DNA from: Rhodosorus marinus CCMP1338
Lineage: Eukaryota; Plantae; Rhodophyta
DNA length: 64,000 nucleotides
Assembly (NCBI GenBank): GCA_029953675.1
Contig: JAMWBK010000004.1
Span: 2,108,001 to 2,172,000 of the forward strand
Direction of reading: 5' to 3'
Numbering within the stretch: the stretch's first letter is position 1; the number at the start of each line of letters is the position of its first letter. The notes beneath the pieces are model-generated. The model was not told the origin of the DNA. It ran no database searches and saw nothing but the letters and a program-made list of their open reading frames with translations. The position numbers and the translations under genes are program-made. Positions 13,346 to 23,045 of the stretch are shown here, piece by piece.

Positions 13346-14481
13346 AGAGTCTGCCGCGAAAAACACTGCATGGTGTGCTCACTCACCCATCCATAGTGGC
13401 TCGATCGCTTCGGACAAGAAGAGTGTTCATTGTGACGCACCTTCGCGTTATCAAACGCTGTATCACTACCCCAAGTTCTTATTGGCTCAAACAATGACGT
13501 CCCAAGGAGCCAAGCAATCCGCGTCTCAAACAGACCATATTCTAGACTAATTCATAACGAACTTTTGCGTCTAGTATCTACCAAACACCATAATCTAGAT
13601 CTTCAGGGTTATCCAAAAACCTCCACCCATCTCGCAAGATCACGTCAAAACTCTACTAAAAAACAACAAACACCTTAAGAATCCTCGATTTGCATGGATT
13701 ATTGGCCAATCTCTAATTTTGTAGTGGGCCAATCATATCAAACTATAATCTCATATTTTACTTTTCCGGAGGGTAAAAAAGTAAATTGGTGCGAAAATCC
13801 GCCCCCAGACCCTGCCAAACCCTTTTGAAGACCACTTATTTTTTTCGAGTGGATGTGGAGTCATACTACTTGATGTGATACTCCTCCTGAAAAAAAGAAA
13901 AGTTTCTCTGTTTTGGTTTCTTTTTATTAAGAGCATGGTCAAAAAATATGAATATTATATGATATTTTGAGATTAAAGAAAGGGGGGGGGGTTGTTAGAA
14001 AAAGAGCTGTTTTCATTGTGGTTTAGAGAGGAGCGGTCTCTGACTAGTTTTGATGGTCAAGGGGATGAAGAGGAGAGGGGATGGAGTGCGGTGGGGAGGG
14101 AGGGAGGGAGTGAGGGGATTGCGGGGAGGGGCGGTGGTGGTGATGGTTTGAGAGAGAGTGTGAACTGGGAGAAGCTGACGACGAGTTTTTAGGGAGGTTT
14201 TAGGGGTTTAATTTTTTATAGTAGAAGGGGGGGGGTCTGTGGAAAGAGGTGTTTACTTGTCTGATTGTCTGTCTCTGGGTTTAGGTGTCTTTCTCTGCTT
14301 TGTTCGCTGTCTGGGCTCTATTTGATTTTGTTGTGGGACGGCGGCGAATGGCGTACTGTAGAGTCGGGGGCTATTTATGATTGTAAGTGGTTTGTTGTCA
14401 ACAGGTTTAGGAGAGTCGGGAGGGTTTTAGTGGTTTATCTAGAGAGGTTTTGAGTGTTGTCGATTTGGAGGGCGCGGTAGG

Positions 14482-16542
14482 ATGAAGGCACCAGCGGGAG
14501 ATTGGAAGCAATCGTCCGGAAGCGATTGGAAGAAGTCATCTGGAAATGACTGGAAAAAAGCCCCTGCTAAAGAGTGGAATAAGCCAACGCGGGAACGAAG
14601 TGCACCCAATCAGGCGCCCAAACCGAAGCAGGCGCCCAAACCGAAGCAGGCACCCCAACCGAAACAGGCCCCCAAACCGAAACAGGCCCCCAAACCGAAA
14701 CAGGCCCCCAAACCGAAACAGGCCCCCAAACCGAAACAGGCCCCCAAACCGAAGCAGACACCCAAACCGGCGCAGAAAAAGAGAGACGTAGTACAAGCAG
14801 GTCAGAGTGGAGATTCTTGGCTTTTGGGATTTCTAGGAAACGCTATACAGCGGTTCGCGGTTCCAGTCCTGGTGGGAGTTGGGATCTATGAGATTGGTAG
14901 GAGGTTTATTCTTAATCAGGACGACGGATGGCATTCCTTTGACAAGGATGTACAGAAGCAGCTGTACTTGGCCAGCTCCAGAGCAATTGAAAGTAGAAGG
15001 ATGGATAGGCTCTTCTACGATCCGATAGCGGCAGTTATTACCTCGAGGAAGGCTCTCAAAATTGCAGAGAAGGAAAACTCCCTGGCACAGACTGAATACT
15101 GCCTCAGAGAACGGTTTATCGATGATTTTGTCCGATCTACTCTGAAGAAGTCCGAAGAAATCAAACAGGTTATCTCTATCGGATGTGCGCTTAATACGCG
15201 ACTTTTCCGAATAGCGATTAGCAGGGATGATATTAAATTCTTCGAGGTGGACAAACCCAACGTGAGTACACGGGAACTGCATTCCTTCATTGGTCGCATG
15301 AACGACTAGCGGAGGAGGGAGGGAGGGAGGGAGAGTGGGAGGGTGGAGGGTCCTTTTGTTAACAATGCATTCTTCCTTCGCCACGCAGGTTGTTGAATAC
15401 AGAAAGAAGATATTGAACAAGGTGTCCGGAGCATTGGAAACAAAGATGAAATCAACTGAACTTGTGGGAGCCGATGTTGGCGTTGTGGGATGGGATAGTG
15501 AACTGATTGTCCAAGGACTAGACTGGAATCAGAAATCTCTTTGGATTGTTGATGATCCCACCGAACTGTCCGAGTCAAGGTTTGAAGTCCTGTTTCGTAC
15601 GATTGGATTACTCTCGACCCAGGACTCTATCATGGTTCTGGGTCTCTCAAATTGTACGGAGGAGAATTTTTCAAGCAAAGTCAACCTCGTTGCAAAGTGC
15701 GGCTATCAAGTCCACGGATCAACATTTGTTGGAGAAGGAAAGTCGGGTTATGGCAGATGGGTGGGAGACCCCTCAAACTCATGTGTTTTGAAGATCTCCC
15801 AGGTTTCCAAAAGACCTGCTACAGTATTGTCAGAAGGGTGAGTGAGAAACATTTAAGCCTACTGGAGACCATGCCCGACTAGGAGTCCAGGGAACCTAAA
15901 ATGTGGCCCTTATCCTGTGCTCTGAAGAAGATTCAGTGTTTTTTCGGAACATAGCGATCCTGAAGATGAGCCGAAATTCTCCGCCTTGGAGTTCTCTGCC
16001 GTTGGGGACACAGGTGAAGAACCTCAGGACTTTGGAGGCGCCGAGCAAAGCGTTGTACGGCTTGAGTTGCAGGTATTGTATCCATCAGACTAGTCAGAGC
16101 GTGCATGGTCGCTCGACCAGTGCAGAGTTTCCAGCGCGAAGCTTGGTCGTTAACTGAACCTTCAAAATGCGTTCACTTGTGCTACAGGTCGCTGAGCCAC
16201 CCAGCAAGTCAGGTAATATCTGTATCGTAGGCGACCACGAGCACTTGGGAGAGTGGGATCCTGAGAACGCTTTTCCTATTGGCCTTGCAGCCAGCGAGGG
16301 CACATTTATTGCCGAACTCTCCTTCCCTCTGAGTGTCCAATCCATTGAGTACAAGGTGAGGTTATCGCGCACGCCAGGTCCCCGAAGCTACTCACCCCAC
16401 GGCGAGCTTAACAAGCCTCCTCTTTCCATATCAGTTTGTGGCTGTTGATGGTGAAGACACTGTGTGGGAGAACGGACCCAATCGAACTTTGAATCTCAAC
16501 CGCGGCAGTCTGCTCGTCGTTCGAAACCGATGGTTTGATTGA
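14482..16542 (+). CDS. Repeat-rich N-terminus + hydrophobic segment + LCM/TIGR00027-type SAM methyltransferase + C-terminal CBM20 (about 540 aa, 5 exons)
   Basis: Exons 14482-15261, 15389-15837, 15955-16072, 16188-16355 and 16435-16542 join in frame via GT-AG introns. MTase motifs: SRAIESRRMDRLFYDPIA, RERFIDD, QVISIGCALNTR, FFEVDKPNVV. CBM20 motifs: ICIVGDHEHLGEWDPENA, IEYKFV, VWENGPNR. Confidence 0.8.
14611..14772 (+). repeat. Coding minisatellite, 9 x 18 bp (QAPKPK)
   Basis: caggc(c/g)cccaaaccgaa(a/g) repeated nine times in frame. Confidence 0.98.
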
Positions 16543-18108
16543 TAGAAGCTAAGCGAAAGCAAAGCGCTCAGGCGTCTCAAACGCCAATCTTTTGACATGG
16601 TATAATTCGTTCAGGCACTCTGTTTTAAATAAGTCACATTATTGTTCAGATCATAGTTATGCGAGGTCCATGAACTCGCTTACTGGTTACCAATGTAGGG
16701 GTAATGCACCCCGGCTCTTGTCTAGCTAAAATAGGATGTGGAGTGACAACAGCACTGGCGGCGACAACACCAGCCAACCCACATTTACTACTCCAGGAAA
16801 TTGTCCCAACTACAGTGCGCCCCTCTGCTCTGCCATGCGATTTACGAACCCATAACCTCCTCGAGCAATGCACTTCCTCTATTTTGAAGCAGACAGTAAC
16901 CATCACGCCCAACCTCAAGCACAGACTGTCTCCGAAAGTAGGACATGCTAGAACGAGAGGCTAAGATCTGAATCGTCGCACGGTAACCGCTCCTCATTCC
17001 CCTTAGTACAAAAATTGAATTGTACAAGTACAAGCAAGACCATCACTCATGAATCATTGACAAAAAGTAATCTAAATTTTATCAAATTCAAAAACAGGAA
17101 TAGTCCAATGATACCAAGTACTTCGAAATTTATCCAATTAAGTTTTACTAACTACCTATTACCTTCCTCATTAAACCGAGTATCAATAGTAATATAAATG
17201 AAATACATATATTCTGTCCCATATGGTACCTATGTCCAATAAATAAACATTATTCATTAATATTATATTCATTAAATACTTATTTAGACGCTAACGTCCA
17301 CATTATGCTGGATGAAAGGGTAAACCAAGTGAAGTGAGCAGTAAACAACATATAATAAAATTATTATGATTAATTTTATTAATATTATGGTATTGTGCTT
17401 GCGCGGGGGACGCGCGGCGTGGAATACAAATAAGCTGCTAGGGGAGGTGGGCAGGTTGCGGGGGGTCTTCTTCCCTTTCCCTTTTCCTTGTCTTTTTTCT
17501 AACCTAAAACTGCATTAATTTTAGTAGAAGCTACACTCTATGATGCCTTGACCTGTTAACGAGCTGACTTGAGAGACTGTTGAAGCTCTATGGCGTGAAA
17601 TGATGTACTGTCTGTGTTGATCCGTGAAGGGACTGTTGCTTTGAGCGTCATGCTCAGCGCTTTTCCGCGTGACTATTTTTTTTCATCCTGGGTTTTGCCT
17701 GGGAGAGGAGAAAATTTTCGCTCACTGTGATCCGTAGTCGTCGTCGGAGTAACGTCGTGGATTTGCTGAGACGTCGCTTTCGTTTCTGAGAAACGAGGGA
17801 TTCTGGATTTTCGGAAAGATAGCTGAGAGTGTGCGCTGCATGATTTAGCGCAAGTAATCGGGTTAGGAAAAGATACTCCTTTTTCAGCGCTGGCTGACGA
17901 GCATAAAGCGCGAGTGTGCTGAGATTCCAACTCAGTTCCTCCTGTTGACAATTCTGGATTCCCGGGGGAACGTTGCAGCTATGCTATCACCTACTCACCG
18001 CACACGTGAGGCAGCACACGAGTGCTTCCACGGCAAAAGTTTGTTTTACACAGTGTACAGTTTATTAATAAAATCCTAAACAGTCGGGTTTTGCCCGGAA
18101 AGGTTGTC

Positions 18109-20572
18109 CTATGATCGTCGCTTGGTGAACTTGCGTTTGGCGAACGCGTCAAACGCGCTGCTTCTCGGACTTCTCGGATTGGAGTTCTCTCGCTTGTTCT
18201 TTTGCTTCTTCTGCTTTCCACGATCATAATCGGCATCGTATTCGTCCCCGTGCCGTTCGCGTTTCTGGAACCTCGTTGAGACACGGTTCGATTCAAGAAT
18301 CGATCGAGATTCTTTGACATCCTCCTCTTTCAAGTCCTCCCATGTACGGGCTTCCGGAAACACCACGCCCTGACCTCCCTCGGTGGGGTTGGATTGCGTC
18401 CGTGTTGGGCTCGATGGGCCGTTTGCTGATACTTCCAAAGGCGCTTGTGCTGTCTCCCCTGTTTCGAGGCTCCCGGTGGATTCCTCATTCTCATCCACGT
18501 TGCGCTTCTTCAATTCCAAAGCTGGTTTCCGCTCAGTACGATTTCGAAGGCGCGCCGCGTACGCGGCTATTTGAAGCCGGAGGTAGGAACGGTTGGAAAG
18601 GCTCATCATCGAAAGAAGAGAGTTTGACACCGTTTTTCGGAAAGCCCTATGCCCGGTTTCCAAACTGCTTCGCTTGCCCATCTTCGACCCCTTCCGTTCG
18701 CCATCGCTCGACCGCTTGCTGCCATCGTCTTGCTGCTCAGAGAAACCTTTCCATTCAAGAACATCAGGTGAAGAAAAACAAGCTTCAGAGCTCAATATCT
18801 TCGACCTCTCAAAGTGCTTCTCGGCCTCACCATTGGATAGATTCTCCTGGGCAAGCCCGCTCGTCCCCGGATCACTGTCATCCGAAGACTTTGCCTTTGT
18901 CGGAAGGGCTTCTGCTCCTCGAGAATTCCTCATCCCAGTGTTGCTATTTGATGAAGTATGGCCTTTCACTAGCTCAGAGCTGCTGGTGCTTTTGCAGGAA
19001 GACGAGTCATCGGTGCCCTCCGAGTGATCGAGATCATCACCCTTGTCACCAGATTCATACGGAGGCGTCAACGAGTGATCGGAAAAGCTCTTCTCGGAAT
19101 AGAAGCTCTCCGACGACGGTGAGCTGTTTTCAGACGTTGGGCTGAATCCAAGCTTCTCTTGGGTCTGCGGTGGTAGGTCCGTTCTCCCACCCTGTTTGCC
19201 TGGACGCTGTTCCTTTTGGTTCGGTTCATTTCGAGTTTCGCGAACGTAGAATAGTAAATACGCGTTCTGCTTCAGCACAGAGGAAGCGCCAACCTAGTTC
19301 GGAAAAACAATGGACGAGGAGTTCAGAAACGGTCTAGTGCTGGAGAAACCACATGCTACTATCCAGATGCTATGAGAGTCACGTACATGAGAACTTGACT
19401 CATCATCTTTCAGCGACCACGTTCCGTTTGCGTTTCGGACGTAGGAATAGTAGTGTCCGACATGCATGGATGAACCCTCGTGGATTAGAACACCGATAAG
19501 ACGATACCTCGCGGAGGTCTTCGCTGGGCAGCCAATCATGTATTCCTCCAAGTTCAACTTTTCACCGTAGGCGACATGCTTTGAGTTCTTTCGGAGGTGA
19601 TCGAATCTGGTGTGGGCGATGCAGAAAAGTAGTAGCACCAGTCAGCACCTTTGATCTTTCTTGGGGTTGTGAGGTCTCTTTTGTGAGTGGTGCCTCTTCG
19701 AACCTTTTCAAATGGAGCGTGAGAACGTTTGGAGCTCGGCGAATGGTCATGCGCTTAAGCGCGGATACATACGATTTGCACTTGTCACAACGGTACTTGT
19801 TGGTGCCGTCCAGCCTTTCCACGGCGGTGAATTTTTCTAGTGCACTAGCCACCGTGTTCGAGTTGTAGATATCGAGCGATAGGTCTAGGAAGGGCTCGCT
19901 TACAACGCTCACCGCTTTGCAATTCGTGCAAGTCACCGAATTCTGGAGACACCCGCCAAACATGCTGTGCACGATAGACCTCATCTCGTCCATATGATTA
20001 TGCGTTCGGTCCATGCCTTTTCGGCCGCTGGGCTTCAAACTGGACTTCACCATTCCATCCAAAACATGCCTTACAAACTCGTGAGCGTCTTCTTGTCTGC
20101 CAGGTCTGAATGTCCGGCAAATCACTCTCTGGTTTTGAACAAATGATGTCGGCGTTACAACGCGTTTGTCCCTGCTCGAGTTGTGCACTTGCGGGTATAG
20201 CTCCTCAAAAGCGCAGAAGCTGCAGAAACCACCCACGCCCTTATGATGCTTGGAGAGGTGGCGGGAGTGCATTTTCTGAGCCAAAACTCTTGCCAATGGA
20301 GGTGTATGGAGGAGGCACTGCAGCGATGCGTTCATGAAACAGGTGTTTCCCATATTTCGAAAACCAGGACCCGAGGGGAGCATTTCCTTCCATTCCAGGT
20401 TCATGCCGTTAGCGACTGGAGTAACCCACTTGCCCCCAAACCCAGTTTGGGAATCATCCGTCTGCTGATTCCGATCACCCTTTCTCCGTTCTTCCGTCAG
20501 ATCATCTCCAACCCAATTAGAAAACTCCTTGCTCCTTCCCGGAACAAAACTGATTCGACTGAGAGCGCCCAT
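18109..20572 (-). CDS. Ubiquitin-specific protease, USP36/USP42 (UBP23-like)
   Basis: Cys box GFRNMGNTCFMNASLQCL, QEDAHEF, His box HEGSSMHVGHYYSYVR, NAYLLFY, and C-terminal DYDRGKQKKQK. Two introns. Confidence 0.9.
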
Positions 20573-21277
20573 GGCCTAGCCTCAACCCCCTCCAGTACAA
20601 AGCCCCCACTCAAATACCTCGGAAACCCCGTACAGTTCAACATCGACTCCTCTAAAAGCTTCTCGTTTTCAAACAAAACCAAAAGACAAAAAAGCAAGCA
20701 CTGCGTCCTCAATACAAAAAACTAGCCAGTCCTCACCCTTCACCCAAAAAACTCTAAAACTCCAGTTCCAAAAAAAGGGCTCAGCTACTTCTCCTCAACC
20801 GACTTCATCCAAATTCCAAAAATGCCAGTACAGACAAACTTTTTTATCCAAACAGATACTCTTCACCTACCACAAAACCAACATGTCCCCAAAAACCCCC
20901 ATCACCCCAGCATCCTCCCTCCTCACTATGCCACAAGAGTGACACCGAGAACAAACAAAATATCCATTGTGTCAATGTCGAATACATCATCATCATCCTC
21001 ACGAAATCATTTTTCCACATTATTAATCAATCTCCTTTACCGACGACAAACACGGTTTAGTAAGAGCCATTCCAATTTATCAAAAATATGAATATTTGGT
21101 ATGTGGATTGGGTTGACGGCGATGGAGGGAAAGGAGTCAGTTTATTAGTACATTTTACTAATAGTTTTTAATGGGGTTTGGGATTGCGTGTTTGGTCGGG
21201 GAGGTAGGTTGGTTGCCAGCGATATGCTTTTGAGTTTTGTTTAGAGGAGGGAATAGCGTAGGATCCGGAATAGAATA

Positions 21278-21787
21278 CTGAGTTTAGTTTGATGGTGCTG
21301 GCCTACCCCCAGACTCGTTCGTTTGGTTGCATACGTTACCCAAAAAGGTGGTACGGAATGGACTTGAGGTGTTCAGACACGTGGAGAGTTTGAAGGGCAC
21401 GGATAGTATGCTCAGTTTGGTTTGGAAAGGTGCCCGGCATAGGATAGAGTGTTCGGTCGCATCGTGTTCGATCGCGGTCGCCAATCCCAGAGTCCTTCGT
21501 TAGCATGCCATGCCAAAAACCCAGTTACGCAGTGGACGGTTGCTGGGGCGGTAGAAGAGCTCAACGGGACGAGGAGAAAGGGGCAATGCGCTCAGTTTGT
21601 CTTGGAGAGGCACAGGATACAGAAAAGAGTTCCCAGTCCAATTGTGCTCAGTGGTTATCTACGTTGCCCCGCGGTAAACAATAAATACGGCGGGCACTTT
21701 GATAGGGTATTTGCCATCGAGTGTGAGCAGACTGCCTATGCCCAGATGACAAGGGCAACCTGGGTGGTTTCCACCACGTTGTTGTAA
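21278..21787 (+). pseudogene. Decayed coding-like segment with three degenerate internal repeats
   Basis: Units at 21278, 21411 and 21591 translate as LSLV*..., LSLVWKGARHRIECSVASCSIAVANP and LSLSWRGTGYRKEFPVQLCSVVIYVAP, interrupted by stops and a frameshift. Confidence 0.3.
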
Positions 21788-22270
21788 AACATCCAAACGG
21801 CGGTCATAAAGCGGACCAGCTCTATACATCTAAGTTTGGCACGATTCCAGAGTGGAGGAAGCAGAAGCGCTTTCTTCAGCCACACGCTTGAATGATATCC
21901 GCATGTTCCACACAAAAACTGAAGTCTGCCCCTTAGATAGTCAACGAATAGTGTTCCGCTGCAATATGTTGCTGTCCAGTAAAGGCTACAGCTACACTAG
22001 TCTCTGGGCGTAGGCGATTACTATCCTAAGCGTGGTGGCGAAACAAACACGGAAAATATCAATCAATATAATACAATGACTAACTTATATCAAATATATT
22101 TGAAATAAATTAGAGCCACCAACCGCTTATTTTGATTGAACTTATATGGCAAGGAGATTGATTCGGTCGTTCAGGGTTGGTTTGTAGGAAACTCTGCCGG
22201 CTTTCAAGCCCCTTCCAGGGTCAGTGAGCTCGTCATAGGACCTCAGTCGCCCACTTTGTTTGGTTATTTT

Positions 22271-22334
22271 CACTTGTACAAGTGCAGAATTTAAAAAGGG
22301 TCAGTTTGAGGTCGACAAACTGACGAACTAGTTC
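22271..22334. other. Cluster of three palindromes / inverted repeats
   Basis: cacttgtacaagtg (22271-22284), gtcagtttg-N7-caaactgac (22300-22324) and gaactagttc (22325-22334). Confidence 0.85.
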
Positions 22335-22740
22335 TCAGCATCACAAGAACCCCGCCTCGAGAGAAAATGTTTTTGCTAACTGCTCTCCCACGCGCCGGAG
22401 GTTGAATGGCTTCAGTGAGGACGCGAAAGTACGTTTATGGGTTTTTTGTTTTTTTTTGAGAAAGGGCAGCTCAAGGTACGAACAAAGCAAACAAGTCCGA
22501 GTCTCTGTTAAAACCACGATGAAACCGGTTTGAATATTCCTTCGGGAGAATTTTCCCCTTCACCAAAGCTGTTGTCGGAGTACCTTTGGTGACGAAGGAG
22601 AAAGGTAAGAAGAAGCTTTTCAATGGCGAGGTCGCGGGAGAATGAGGAGACTTTTATCTTCTCCTGAGGTCTCTTGGTTTGATATGGTTTGTGCATTTTA
22701 GAAGTTACAACTGGAGTTAAAAGGGTTACGTGGTTAAACA

Positions 22741-22844
22741 CAAGAAGCGGCTTTGCTCCCTTTTTAGTGGCTTAGTGAACGTTTTCTCTTGGACAAGAAG
22801 CGGCTTTGTTCCCTTTTTAGTGGCTTAGTGAACGTTTTCTCTTG
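22741..22844. repeat. Two-copy 53-bp tandem duplication upstream of XRN2
   Basis: caagaagcggctttg(c/t)tccctttttagtggcttagtgaacgttttctcttg at 22741 and 22794, with one mismatch. Confidence 0.97.
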
Positions 22845-23045
22845 TTGGCCCTTTTTGGGGGTTCCGTGCGGAGTGACGAAAGGCTGAAAGCTAGAAAGGT
22901 TTTCGAATGCTTTTCTAGCTTTAGTGGTTATCTGGTGGTGAGTTGGGGATGATTTTCAAGGCGCTCGATTAAGGAACGCCTGCTGTTCGTGTTTGTTTGT
23001 GTATGCGCGTACGTGCTTGTGTATTGGTTTGCTTTTGCTGGAATC

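Noticed and set aside
21993-22008. 14-mer ctacactagtctct shared with about 58637
   Set aside because: Several 14-mer matches are expected by chance in 64 kb, and the second copy is in makorin coding sequence.
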